A stretch of 64,000 nt of DNA from Rikenellaceae bacterium (GTDB taxonomy: Bacteria > Bacteroidota > Bacteroidia > Bacteroidales > Rikenellaceae), in contig JAVBKU010000005.1 in NCBI GenBank assembly GCA_031553875.1, forward strand, positions 43,547 through 107,546. The letters are read 5' to 3'. This document shows, in pieces, positions 1 to 9,595 of the stretch. A program made the position numbers and the translations under genes. The notes under the pieces were generated by a model. It made no database searches and had not been told where the DNA came from. It was given only the letters and a program-made list of their open reading frames with translations. Every line of letters starts with the position of its first letter. The first letter of the stretch is position 1.

Positions 1-706
1 GTGTATAACTGTCGCACGCGTCGAGCGGATCGGCCCACATATGGCCATAGGCGTCAAGAAGCATGGCAATGGCTCGGTTATGCTGATTGGTGGCGGCTTC
101 AGACTTATAAAGTTCGTCGATCACTGTCAGCTTGCGGTTGGCCATATCGCTCATATAGGTGAGTATCTTGGCAAACTGGTCCTCGCGCGAGGTGCCCTTT
201 ATCAGGCTGTTGGTGGCCATAGCCCCCGCATTCACTATGGGGCTGACAGGTTTGTAGCCCTCCAGTTCGATGGCTATCACCGAATTGAACGGCATACCTG
301 TAGCTCCCACGCCGATGCTGTCGGCAATGAAATCGGGCCCGACTGTCTGCATAGCCTGGGCGAGTACGAAGGCTTTGGAGATCGACTCTATACCAAACGT
401 ATAACCCGCGTCGCCCGACTTGTAGAGCTTACCGTCGGTGGTCATTACGGCGATACCGAAAAGGCTCGACGGAATATTCGCGAGGAAAGGAATGTAGTCG
501 GCGTTCTTGCCGGTGTTGTCGCCCTTGAATTTGGCATAGGCCTGGTCGATCACCTGCTGGATGGAGGGCATCATGGTCATGGTGCCCTCCATCTTGGAAC
601 TCTTTGCAGTCGATTTTGTCTGACTGTTCACGTTCTGCGCCAGCATGGGAGTAAACAGCATGGCGGCGGCCAGAAACGTCACTGTAAATACGGATAACTT
701 TTTCAT
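1..706 (-). CDS. glsA: glutaminase A, N-terminal part (3' end runs off the window start)
   Basis: Missing from the ORF track because it is open at the window edge. My minus-strand translation from ATG (706-704) gives MKKLSVFTVTFLAAAMLFTPMLAQNVNSQ... (signal peptide), then DYIPFLANIPSSLFGIAVMTTDGKLYKSGDAGYTFGIESISKAFVLAQAMQ. This carries the S-x-x-K motif typical of glutaminases. Confidence 0.85.
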   Translation of the reverse strand, partial: MKKLSVFTVTFLAAAMLFTPMLAQNVNSQTKSTAKSSKMEGTMTMMPSIQQVIDQAYAKFKGDNTGKNADYIPFLANIPSSLFGIAVMTTDGKLYKSGDAGYTFGIESISKAFVLAQAMQTVGPDFIADSIGVGATGMPFNSVIAIELEGYKPVSPIVNAGAMATNSLIKGTSREDQFAKILTYMSDMANRKLTVIDELYKSEAATNQHNRAIAMLLDAYGHMWADPLDACDSYT

Positions 707-719
707 GATATTATGTTTT

Positions 720-1910
720 TTACATTGTTATAAATGCGGTCCATTGTATACGTAGGTCTTCGCCGCGTTGGCCGTTGAGGTTCTTGCGGTTACCGTAGAG
801 CACTTCTATCCCTGTCTTGAAATATTTATTGGGATACCACAACAGATTCACAGCACCGTAGTTGGTCTGTTCAATAGTTGTAGGAGGCATATAACTGCGA
901 TTATTACGCACGCTGATATTACCCCAGCCTATCGTCGAGCTGAGTTTTTTGCTCCACCAGCGATCGTAGAAAGCCCACAGGTAGAGCTGGGTCGATGTGC
1001 GCAGCTGCTGTCCGGGAGGCGGGCCGGGCAGGGCGTCGTAACCCTCCCCGCTCAGGTCCTCGCTGTAACGCGCATATCCGGAACCGAAGGCGATCTGGAA
1101 TTTGATCGCATCGCGGCCCCAGGTGCGTATGTTACCGGTGAGATTGCCTGCCCCGCCTATAATATTCTTAGTGACGTTGGCGTCTCCCCGATAGGTGATC
1201 GGGTGCAGCAAGCCTGCAATACGCAGATGGCTGTTCCCGCCGTCCCAGGTGTAGGTATAACTGGCCGTAAAGTCGGGATAGAGGTTACGCGAACTCCAAT
1301 CCGACCCTTCGGGGAAGGTGACGTCGCTACCCGGCTGCTCGATTGACACGGCCAGAGCGCCGTGCTTGCCGAGCGGCTGGGTGAAGCGGGCCTGCACCTG
1401 ACGTGTCCACACGTAGGCATTCGGGCCCCAGTAGTCGACCAGGTTGGGCCAGATATTACTGTCCATGAAGTTCGACCAGTACTGACCGAAACCCCACTTA
1501 CCCAAGCTGATCCAAGCGTGGCGGATACGCGGGTTCGACGAGTTGTCGGGCCCCCAGAGGTCGAATTCGAGGATCGCATAGAAATCGCCCACCTTCTTTA
1601 CCGGCCCGAATGCGGAGAAACTCAACCTCGACTGGCGTATACTGAACGTGGTGGCGGAGTTGTCATTGGTCGGCACGGTGATCGTCGAGGGTTGGAACGC
1701 ATAACGGTCGCCTATCTCCCTCGTGTCGTACATGAAGTCGGCCTGCACGTAGCCGCCGATCTTCAGCTGGATGCCCTTTATGTCGGTAACCACCAATCCC
1801 ATACGGCTGTTTTCCAAATCGTTACGAGACAGGGCTTCTTGCCCGCGTACGCCCGAAGATATTATCAGAGCGCAGGCGAGCAACACAGGTGTCAGTATAT
1901 TCTTTTTCAT
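720..1910 (-). CDS. outer-membrane beta-barrel porin (phosphate-selective/DcaP-like class; exact family uncertain)
   Basis: 396-aa ORF with a signal peptide (MKKNILTPVLLACALIISSGVRGQ), alternating aromatic and Gly-rich strands, and a C-terminal aromatic end (...WTAFITM). Its ATG overlaps the gadC stop as ATGA at 1907-1910. Confidence 0.6.
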   Translation of the reverse strand: MKKNILTPVLLACALIISSGVRGQEALSRNDLENSRMGLVVTDIKGIQLKIGGYVQADFMYDTREIGDRYAFQPSTITVPTNDNSATTFSIRQSRLSFSAFGPVKKVGDFYAILEFDLWGPDNSSNPRIRHAWISLGKWGFGQYWSNFMDSNIWPNLVDYWGPNAYVWTRQVQARFTQPLGKHGALAVSIEQPGSDVTFPEGSDWSSRNLYPDFTASYTYTWDGGNSHLRIAGLLHPITYRGDANVTKNIIGGAGNLTGNIRTWGRDAIKFQIAFGSGYARYSEDLSGEGYDALPGPPPGQQLRTSTQLYLWAFYDRWWSKKLSSTIGWGNISVRNNRSYMPPTTIEQTNYGAVNLLWYPNKYFKTGIEVLYGNRKNLNGQRGEDLRIQWTAFITM

Positions 1911-3418
1911 ACATCTGTCTTTTTAGTTTTTGCATGTTCTGTGTGAGCATCGGCTGCGGGAGTTTTGGCGCCTGCGAGCCGTCTGCGTTTCTGCCGCGCA
2001 CTGATAATAAGCGGAGCGCTGAGGAAGATCACATTACCTATAAGCACCAGGCCAACATACATCATCGGACTGCCTATCGGCAATTGTGAGGGTGGAAAGA
2101 ATGAGACCACGAACGAGAAGGCCACCGCCACAAAACCTATCCCCGCAACGGCCCACATACCTCCACGGCCGCCGGGAACCTTATAGGCCCTGGCCAGGTC
2201 GGGCTTGGTACGGCGCAGGCGGATAGCCGCGGCGTACATCAGCATGTACATAACCAGATATAGCCCTATGGTCAAGGCGCTCAGCAGGAAGAAGGCCACG
2301 CTCACGTCCTTGATAAAGAAATAAAGCGACGAGAGGATAGTCACGATGATACCCTGAGTTATGAGGATATTGATCTGTATGCCGTTTTTATTGGTTTTCG
2401 CAAGTACTTTCGGGAGCTGGCCCTCGCGGGCTGTCCATAAAAGGCCGCGGCTCGGACCCGAGATCCACGACATCACCCCACCCAGGGCGCCGAAGGCCAC
2501 CAGGGCCCCCATTACATTGGTCATCCACCCCATATTGAAGGTATCGAACACGTTACGAAACGTGACCATCAGCCCGTCCTGGATATTTATCTGGTCGTAA
2601 GGCATTACCACCGCTACCGCCAACGCGCCCAGAGTGAACAGCACGAAGGAAATAACAGCGGCAAGCAGTACGGCTACAGGAAACTGGCTGGATGGTTTTT
2701 TCATCTCCATGGCATGTACCGCGTGTACCTCGACCCCAGCGAACAACAGCAGGATACCCGCAAGGAAAGCGATATTACCCATACCAGTTATATGAGGGAA
2801 GAGGCGCGGATGGGCGTGTCCGCCCACGTCGCTCACAAGAGTGGTTTCAGAGGCGGGGATACTTTCGAGCGCAATGGGATGACCGGCGATAATCCACACG
2901 AGGGCCATCACCACGATAATCACTCCCGGCAATACGGTCCCTATAAGGAACCCCCTGCTCGTGATCTTGGAGATGGTATTCGTGCCCCTTAACGTGAGGC
3001 CGGTCGCCAGCCAGTACATCGCTATCGAGAATAGCCCCACATACGTCCCGTTCTGGGCCAGGGCAGGATCGGCGATCATAAAGGCGATAGCCGCCGAAGC
3101 GAATGAGAGTACCGTCGGGTACCACACCACGTTCTGTATCCATTGCAGGAATATGGCCGCAAAGCCCAGATGCTCGTTGAAAGCCTCCTTGACCCAAGTA
3201 TACACGCCGCCGCCTTTATCGGCGAACGCGCTTCCCAGTTCGGCACTCACCAGCGCCGCAGGGATCAGGAACAGGAACGTGGCAAAGAATATATAGAAGA
3301 ACATCGTAAGTTCTTCCTTGCCCATCATCGGCAAGCCTCGCAGGCTGATGATGGCGGCAGCGGTCATAAGGGCCAACTGCCAGGTGGTGATATATTTCGA
3401 TTTTGCCATAATACACAA
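1907..3418 (-). CDS. gadC: glutamate:GABA antiporter (APC-family amino acid permease)
   Basis: 503-aa polytopic ORF with an APC-type N-terminus (KYITTWQLALMTAAAIISLRGLP...). It lies directly downstream of glutamate decarboxylase in the same operon. Confidence 0.8.
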   Translation of the reverse strand: MCIMAKSKYITTWQLALMTAAAIISLRGLPMMGKEELTMFFYIFFATFLFLIPAALVSAELGSAFADKGGGVYTWVKEAFNEHLGFAAIFLQWIQNVVWYPTVLSFASAAIAFMIADPALAQNGTYVGLFSIAMYWLATGLTLRGTNTISKITSRGFLIGTVLPGVIIVVMALVWIIAGHPIALESIPASETTLVSDVGGHAHPRLFPHITGMGNIAFLAGILLLFAGVEVHAVHAMEMKKPSSQFPVAVLLAAVISFVLFTLGALAVAVVMPYDQINIQDGLMVTFRNVFDTFNMGWMTNVMGALVAFGALGGVMSWISGPSRGLLWTAREGQLPKVLAKTNKNGIQINILITQGIIVTILSSLYFFIKDVSVAFFLLSALTIGLYLVMYMLMYAAAIRLRRTKPDLARAYKVPGGRGGMWAVAGIGFVAVAFSFVVSFFPPSQLPIGSPMMYVGLVLIGNVIFLSAPLIISARQKRRRLAGAKTPAADAHTEHAKTKKTDV

Positions 3419-3454
3419 TCTTTTATATTTATATAAATAATATATAGCTATATA

Positions 3455-4846
3455 TTAATGGTGGAAACCACCGGCCTGGGCTTCGGTAAGCCCCTCTTTA
3501 GCGGAACTCTTACGCAGGATATCGATGCACCGCGACATATCGTCGATAAGCAATTGTGCCATATCGCGCGAGAAGCCGTGGCGGATGACCACGCGCTGTA
3601 TTACCATATCCTGGCAGTCGGCGGGCAGCGAGTAGGAGGCTATCTGCCATCCCCGGGCCCGCAGTTTGTCCGACAGGTCATACAGATTGAAACCCGGATC
3701 TACACCCTTCTTGATCATCCACGCAGCGCCGGGCAGGGCGTCGCGTCCGTCGTAAAGGAGGTCGAACAGGCCCATCTTAGACACCTGTTCCGCGATGAAT
3801 ATCCCGTGGTCGAGGCACGCCTGCTGTATGCGGCGGTAACCCTCGAAGCCGTTGCGCAGCAGATTATAGTATTGGGCTATGATCTGTCCGCCGGGACGTG
3901 AGAAATTGAGCGCAAAGGTCGGCATATCGCCTCCCAGATAATTTACCCTGAAGATGAGCTCTTCGGGCAGATCCTCCTTGGTCCGCCACACTACCCAACC
4001 CACACCCAGAGGCGAGAGGCCGAATTTGTGGCCGGAGGCATTGATAGACTTGACGCGCGGCAGGCGGAAATCCCACACTATGTCCCGCTGCAGGAACGGA
4101 GCGATGAATCCGCCGCTAGCCGCGTCGACATGCATGGGAATATCGAGGCCTGTCCTGTTCTGCAAGTCGTCGAGCGCATCGCTGAGAGCCTTCACGTCCT
4201 CATACTGAAGGGTAAAGGTCACGCCGAAGGTCGGGACCACGCCGATCGTGTTCTCGTCCACCCGTTTGAGCATCTCTTTGGGAGTCATCAGCAGACGGCC
4301 GTGTTCCATGGGTATCTGGCGCAGTTCGACGTCGAAGTAACGGGCGAACTTCTCCCAGCACACCTGCACGGGGCCGGTTATCAGATTGGGACGGTCATAA
4401 GGCTTACCCGCAGCTTTCATCCGCTCGCGCCAGCGCCATTTAAGCGCAAGGCCGCCGAGCATACACGCCTCGCTCGACCCTGTGGTCGAACAGCCGATAG
4501 TGGTATGGCCCTCGGGTGAATTCCACAATTTGGCAAGGATATGTACGCACCGGTTCTCGATCTCGGCCGTCTGCGGATACTCGTCCTTGTCAATCATGTT
4601 CTTGTTAAGGCAGGCGTCCATGATGGTGTGCACCTGCGGGTCGGCATAAGTCTGGCAAAAAGTAGCCAGATTCTGTTTGGCGTTACCGTCCAGCAACAGT
4701 TCGTCGAGGATCAGTTCGGCCACGGTAGCCGCGTCGCTGACACCCTTGGGCATCTCGAACTCCGGGATGACGGCTTCGGAGACGGGAAGCGAATATGAAT
4801 CCGGCAAGGCCCCGTCGAGTTTTCTTTTCACTAAATGTAGTGGCAT
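3455..4846 (-). CDS. gadB: glutamate decarboxylase (PLP-dependent)
   Basis: 463 aa with full-length GAD signature: [43 protein letters not shown], and the PLP-lysine motif [11 protein letters not shown]. Confidence 0.92.
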   Translation of the reverse strand: MPLHLVKRKLDGALPDSYSLPVSEAVIPEFEMPKGVSDAATVAELILDELLLDGNAKQNLATFCQTYADPQVHTIMDACLNKNMIDKDEYPQTAEIENRCVHILAKLWNSPEGHTTIGCSTTGSSEACMLGGLALKWRWRERMKAAGKPYDRPNLITGPVQVCWEKFARYFDVELRQIPMEHGRLLMTPKEMLKRVDENTIGVVPTFGVTFTLQYEDVKALSDALDDLQNRTGLDIPMHVDAASGGFIAPFLQRDIVWDFRLPRVKSINASGHKFGLSPLGVGWVVWRTKEDLPEELIFRVNYLGGDMPTFALNFSRPGGQIIAQYYNLLRNGFEGYRRIQQACLDHGIFIAEQVSKMGLFDLLYDGRDALPGAAWMIKKGVDPGFNLYDLSDKLRARGWQIASYSLPADCQDMVIQRVVIRHGFSRDMAQLLIDDMSRCIDILRKSSAKEGLTEAQAGGFHH

Positions 4847-5115
4847 GATAAAATGGTTTTATAGCGCTGGCCACCACTATTTTCCGGGGACGATGAGTGT
4901 GCGGCCCGGCGCCGGTTAATAATTCAAAAAACGTCCCCCTGTGCTGTTTAAACAAAGGATTTGCCATTTAATGCCATTTTTTAAAAGCGTTGCAAATAGG
5001 TCTGTGAGCGGCAAAATACGCGACGGATCATTTTATATTTTCGATCATACGCGTAGATTCAGGCCCGAATCGGCCGCATATTTGCATAATTCGACTGCAT
5101 CATACCCGCAGAACC

Positions 5116-6498
5116 ATGCAAAAACGTAACTCGTCGAATGTACTCCTGTGGTTGGTAGCCGTCGGGTATTTCATGCAGACCCTCGATACCACCATAGTCA
5201 ATACAGCCCTGCCCAGCATAGCCAAAAGCCTGGGGGTAAGCCCTTTGGAAATGCAGGCAGTGGTAGTTTCCTATACGCTTGTGATGGCCGCGTTGATCCT
5301 AGCGAGCGGATGGCTCGCCGACCGCTTCGGCACGCGGCGGGTATACCTTACGTCATTGTTGCTATTCACGATAGGATCGCTCTGCTGCGCCATGTCGAAA
5401 GACCTCATGCAATTGGTGGCTTCGCGTATTTTACAAGGGTTTGGAGCGGCGATGTTAATGCCCGTGGGCCGTCTGGCGGTACTTAGGGCATTCCCTCACG
5501 AGAAATTCCTGCGGGCTATAAGTTATGTGACGATCCCGGCCCTGGTGGGGCCCCTGATCGGCCCCACTCTCGGGGGATGGCTGTCGCAGGCTTTTTCCTG
5601 GCATTGGATCTTCCTGATCAACCTCCCTGTAGGGATCGCGGGATTCGTTCTCTCCTATTTCTTCATGGATGATTTCAAACCCCCGCGCACCTCCTCGTTT
5701 GATTTCGCGGGCTTCCTGATGATCGCCATAGGCATGATCACTATTTCTTACGCTCTGGACGGTGTTGTGGAATTGGGACTGCGCCGTGCGATGGCCGCAA
5801 TATTTATTGTCGCGGGGGCGATCTCGCTTGTCAGCTACTGGCTATACGCTTCCCGCAAGAGGAATCCGCTCATTCCGCCCCGGCTATTCAAACTTAACAG
5901 CTTCCGGGTGGGAATATCGGGGAACTTTTTCTCCCGGCTGGGAAGCAACGCCCTGCCCTTTATGCTGCCGTTGTTCTTCCAGGTAGGACTGGGCTACTCT
6001 CCCCTTAAGTCCGGATTGATGTTACTGCCCATGGCCCTGGCTGCGATAGGGATGAAACGTATAGGCATAGCACTTATAAATAAAGTGGGATACCGCAGGA
6101 CTCTGCTATGGAATACCATCGCCATGGGCGTGGCTATATCGTGTTTCAGCCAGTTATCCGCATCCACATCCATATGGGCCATGATGCCGCTGCTGTTCGT
6201 ATCGGGAGGCATCAACTCCCTGCAATTCTCGGCCATGAACAGCATCACCTTAAAAGACCTGCCCGATTCACAGGCCAGCAGCGGCAATACCCTGTTGTCG
6301 ATGGTGATGATGTTCTCGATGAGCCTGGGGGTGGCCCTGGCCGCTGTGCTGCTGTCCCTGTTCCGCGAGGTATCTTCAAAGTTTGCGGAGGCGGGGGGCG
6401 AATTGTTCCCATTCCACGCCACATTCCTGTGCGTAGGCGTCATATCTGTTATAACTGCGTTTATATTCTCGCAGTTGCCTAAGGATGGGCCGGCATAA
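5116..6498 (+). CDS. MFS transporter, DHA2 (EmrB/MdtD-like) drug:H+ antiporter family
   Basis: 460 aa. N-terminus YFMQTLDTTIVNTALPSIAKSLG and motif GWLADRFGTRRVY are typical of DHA2 MFS transporters. Confidence 0.85.
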   Translation: MQKRNSSNVLLWLVAVGYFMQTLDTTIVNTALPSIAKSLGVSPLEMQAVVVSYTLVMAALILASGWLADRFGTRRVYLTSLLLFTIGSLCCAMSKDLMQLVASRILQGFGAAMLMPVGRLAVLRAFPHEKFLRAISYVTIPALVGPLIGPTLGGWLSQAFSWHWIFLINLPVGIAGFVLSYFFMDDFKPPRTSSFDFAGFLMIAIGMITISYALDGVVELGLRRAMAAIFIVAGAISLVSYWLYASRKRNPLIPPRLFKLNSFRVGISGNFFSRLGSNALPFMLPLFFQVGLGYSPLKSGLMLLPMALAAIGMKRIGIALINKVGYRRTLLWNTIAMGVAISCFSQLSASTSIWAMMPLLFVSGGINSLQFSAMNSITLKDLPDSQASSGNTLLSMVMMFSMSLGVALAAVLLSLFREVSSKFAEAGGELFPFHATFLCVGVISVITAFIFSQLPKDGPA

Positions 6499-6592
6499 GG
6501 CCTTCAGTAAATTCCGCCGGATGTGGAGCAATAATTATAAACTATTTGTAGAATTCGGGGCAGCCCCTATTTACGCCCCCGCCAAAATAAAC

Positions 6593-6632
6593 AACCCTCT
6601 AATCTGCTGACGATCAGCTAAATTAGAGGGTT
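6593..6632 (+). terminator. long hairpin between the MFS gene and tRNA-Cys (likely bidirectional terminator)
   Basis: AACCCTCTAAT ... ATTAGAGGGTT forms an 11-bp stem. It encloses the inner hairpin GCTGA-CGA-TCAGC. Confidence 0.5.
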
Positions 6633-6638
6633 GCTTTG

Positions 6639-6709
6639 AGGTCTGAAGCGGATTCGAACCGCTGTACGAGGTTTTGCAGACCTCTGCCTAGCCACTCGGC
6701 CATCAGACC
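6639..6709 (-). tRNA. tRNA-Cys (GCA)
   Basis: Reverse complement is GGTCTGATGGCCGAGTGGCTAGGCAGAGGTCTGCAAAACCTCGTACAGCGGTTCGAATCCGCTTCAGACCT. It folds as a cloverleaf with anticodon loop CTGCAAA and T-loop GGTTCGAATCC. Confidence 0.9.
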
Positions 6710-7003
6710 ATTAATATTTCCGACCGCACACTCACCGAATCTACCAAGGGGCGAAGCCCCACATTTCTGTCCTCCAGCGCGCGACCGGAGTGCAAATATA
6801 TGAGTTTTTTGTTACAATCCAAAACGGGCGGGCTTTTGCGCGGATAAACTCTCCCCGGGGCGCACCGATATTTCGCCGTTCCGACATTTTTCATACCTTT
6901 ACGGTCAGCGTCGCCGGGGCGAAAAGCGACTGTTCCATAAAGGAGCGTCCACACCCGGAGGCGCGTACATCACAGGCGTATAACCCCTAAATCCGCCACA
7001 GTT

Positions 7004-8107
7004 ATGATTATCGACGACATAGCCCTGACACTCCTACCCCGCCTGGGGATCAGGACCGTCAACCATCTGCTCGGGTGTTTCCCCTCGGCGGAAGCCGTCT
7101 TCGCCGCATCGGCCGACGAACTCATGGAACGCGCCGAATTAAAGCCCGAATTCGCCCGCCTCATAGCCTCCAAGGCAAGCCATCCCGACGCAGAGAAGGA
7201 GATGGAATTTATCCTCAAGAACCGCATCAGGGCCATCTGTTCCACCGACGACGATTATCCGCAGAGGCTTCTGGAGTGCGCCGATTATCCCCATGTACTC
7301 TACGTCAAGGGACCTAAGGAGTTCAACGCCGGGGCATGGCTTTCGGTAGTAGGCACGAGGAAGATAACGCCCTATGGGGTTAAGATGTGCGACTCGATAA
7401 TCGGTGAACTGGCGTCGCTGAATCCTGCCACCACCATCGTGAGCGGCCTGGCTTTCGGGGTCGACGTGGAGGCCCACCGTGCCGCCTTGCGCCACGGGCT
7501 GCAAACGGTCGGAGTCGTGGCCCACGGACTCACTCATATCTATCCCGCGCGCCACACCGAAACGGCCCGCAGGATGGTCGACGAGGGAGGCGCCGTGATC
7601 ACCGAATTCGCATCGAACAGCACTATGGACAAGGCATGCTTCGTGCAGCGCAACAGGATAATCGCCGGGCTCTCCGACGCCACGCTCATCGTGGAATCGG
7701 CGGCTAGGGCGGGCTCGCTCATCACCGCCGACATGGCCGACGGCTACAACCGCACGCTCTTTGCCGTCCCCGGGCGCGTGGGTGACCAGTTCTCCGAAGG
7801 CACCAACAGGCTTATCCGCAGCCTCAAGGCGCAGATGGCCACATCCGGCAGGGATATCGCCGAAACGATGGACTGGGCTCCTGCCATGGCGGCCAAGCCC
7901 GATGCCAAGCAGGGCTCGCTTTTCGCAGGAAACACCCCCGTCGAGGCCGCTATAATCGCCATGCTGGGTACCGATCCCCTACCCCGCGAGGAGATCGTGG
8001 GCCCCTCCGGCATATCTTTTGCGGAGGTAGCCGAAGCCCTGCTTATGCTGGAACTTTCGGGACATATCCGGCTTATTCCGGGGCGCGGATATATAAAACT
8101 AGCATAA
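7004..8107 (+). CDS. dprA: DNA-processing protein DprA (Smf)
   Basis: 367 aa with Rossmann-like DprA core motifs: VVGTRKITPYG, SGLAFGVDVEAHRAAL, RNRIIAGLSDATLIVESAARAGSLITA, FAVPGRV. Confidence 0.9.
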   Translation: MIIDDIALTLLPRLGIRTVNHLLGCFPSAEAVFAASADELMERAELKPEFARLIASKASHPDAEKEMEFILKNRIRAICSTDDDYPQRLLECADYPHVLYVKGPKEFNAGAWLSVVGTRKITPYGVKMCDSIIGELASLNPATTIVSGLAFGVDVEAHRAALRHGLQTVGVVAHGLTHIYPARHTETARRMVDEGGAVITEFASNSTMDKACFVQRNRIIAGLSDATLIVESAARAGSLITADMADGYNRTLFAVPGRVGDQFSEGTNRLIRSLKAQMATSGRDIAETMDWAPAMAAKPDAKQGSLFAGNTPVEAAIIAMLGTDPLPREEIVGPSGISFAEVAEALLMLELSGHIRLIPGRGYIKLA

Positions 8108-8160
8108 GTTGTGCTGGTTTAAAATATATGAGAATTAATTACGGCTTCGCAGTATTTTAT

Positions 8161-8330
8161 TTCGCCTTCGGCGACCTACTTTTGCCATTGCCGCAAAAGT
8201 AGGCAAAAGGTCTAGCCGCGTCTTCTGCCGGGGTCTCTTCCGGGAGCTTCCCTCGTTACACGATAACTGAGGGTGATCTCCCTCACGAGACCTAGTTCCG
8301 GCAGAAGCCCGGAGCGGCGATTATTTTGCC
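8161..8330 (+). repeat. intergenic repeat family F1, copy A (subfamily A/C)
   Basis: Near-identical to 18001-18166 (reverse complement), 12108-12290 (reverse complement) and 45010-45185. The shared core is ...GTCTAGCCGCGTCTTCTGCCGGGGTCTCTTCCGGGAGCTTCCCTCGTTACACGATAAC...CACGAGACCT..CCCGGCAGAAGCCCGAAGCGGC. The 5' hairpin CCTACTTTTGC-CATTGCC-GCAAAAGTAGG is at 8175-8203. Confidence 0.9.
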
Positions 8331-8366
8331 ACCCAGATATTACTTTGACAAACATTTATTATCGCC

Positions 8367-9170
8367 ATGACCCTCACAGACACCCACTGCCATATATACG
8401 ACGAAAAGTTCGACGCCGACCGCGACGAGGCCATAGCCCGCGCCGCCGGGGCCGGGGTGACCCGTATCATGATGCCCGCCATAGAGCCGCAGAACTACGA
8501 TAAGATGTTCTCTGTCGCACGTCGCCACCCCAGAGTGTGCCTACCGATGATGGGCCTCCACCCTACTTCGGTCAACGACAATCCCTCCTGGCGCGACGAC
8601 CTCGGCCTGGTAGTACGCTACCTCGCCTCGTCCCCCGAAGGCATACGTTTCTACGGCGTGGGCGAAACGGGGTTAGACCTACATTGGAGTAAGGATTTCC
8701 TGAAGGAACAGACCGAAGCCTTCCGCCGCCAGATAGAGCTGGCCCTCGAATACTCGCTGCCCATTGTCATCCACACCCGCGAGGCATGGAACGAGACTCT
8801 CGAAGTCCTCTCCACCTACCGTGGCAAGGGATTGAAAGGCATCATGCACAGCTTCAGCGGCACTCTCTCTCACTACGAGACACTCAAAGGCATCGGCCGC
8901 TTCATGCTCGGTATCGGCGGCGTGGTGACTTACAAGAATTCGTCGGTGGCCTCGCTGCTGGAGCGCATACCACTGGAAGATATACTCCTCGAAACCGACG
9001 CCCCCTACCTCTCCCCCGTGCCCTTCCGGGGCCGCCGCAACGAGCCGGCCTACACCGCTCACGTATGCCGCGCCGTGGCCGGGGTCAAGGGCGTAAAACC
9101 CGAGGAGATAGCATTGATTACCAGTGGCAACGCCGCCGAGATGTTCTCTCTGGGCAGCGCTAACGATTAA
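8367..9170 (+). CDS. TatD-family metal-dependent hydrolase/DNase
   Basis: 267 aa. N-terminal DTHCHIYDEKF plus HTREA and ETDAPYLSP motifs are characteristic of TatD. Confidence 0.9.
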   Translation: MTLTDTHCHIYDEKFDADRDEAIARAAGAGVTRIMMPAIEPQNYDKMFSVARRHPRVCLPMMGLHPTSVNDNPSWRDDLGLVVRYLASSPEGIRFYGVGETGLDLHWSKDFLKEQTEAFRRQIELALEYSLPIVIHTREAWNETLEVLSTYRGKGLKGIMHSFSGTLSHYETLKGIGRFMLGIGGVVTYKNSSVASLLERIPLEDILLETDAPYLSPVPFRGRRNEPAYTAHVCRAVAGVKGVKPEEIALITSGNAAEMFSLGSAND

Positions 9171-9389
9171 ACCGCAGGGCGTAATTTATCTCAACTTATT
9201 GCTTGGTGGTTATGTAATTGTGATTTTTTTCTTATCTTTGAAGAAGAATTAGAGGCGTATAAGCCACGCCGACAATAGGCTCGCCGCAATTGGCAAGACA
9301 GCCTCCCGGCGGCATAGAGAAAAGCAGTTCATTGACAGCGATTTAACGACAGAGAACCTCTTTCCGGGAGGTTTTGTTAGTATATTTAC

Positions 9390-9477
9390 GGAGGGATGAC
9401 CGAGTGGTTGAAGGTGCACGCCTGGAAAGTGTGTATACCTCAAAAGGGTATCGCGGGTTCGAATCCCGCTTCCTCCG
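9390..9477 (+). tRNA. tRNA-Ser (GGA), long variable arm
   Basis: GGAGGGATGACCGAGTGGTTGAAGGTGCACGCCTGGAAAGTGTGTATACCTCAAAAGGGTATCGCGGGTTCGAATCCCGCTTCCTCCG. Anticodon loop is CTGGAAA, there is a long extra arm, and the T-loop is GGTTCGAATCC. Confidence 0.9.
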
Positions 9478-9595
9478 CACAGTAAATGCGGGTTTCGCCG
9501 CCCCGACGCTCTGACTCCCCGCTGAGAGAGACAGGCATGGAGGGCGAGTGACCCTGGACGAATGTTATTATTTCAAATAAATTATAATCGCAGTT

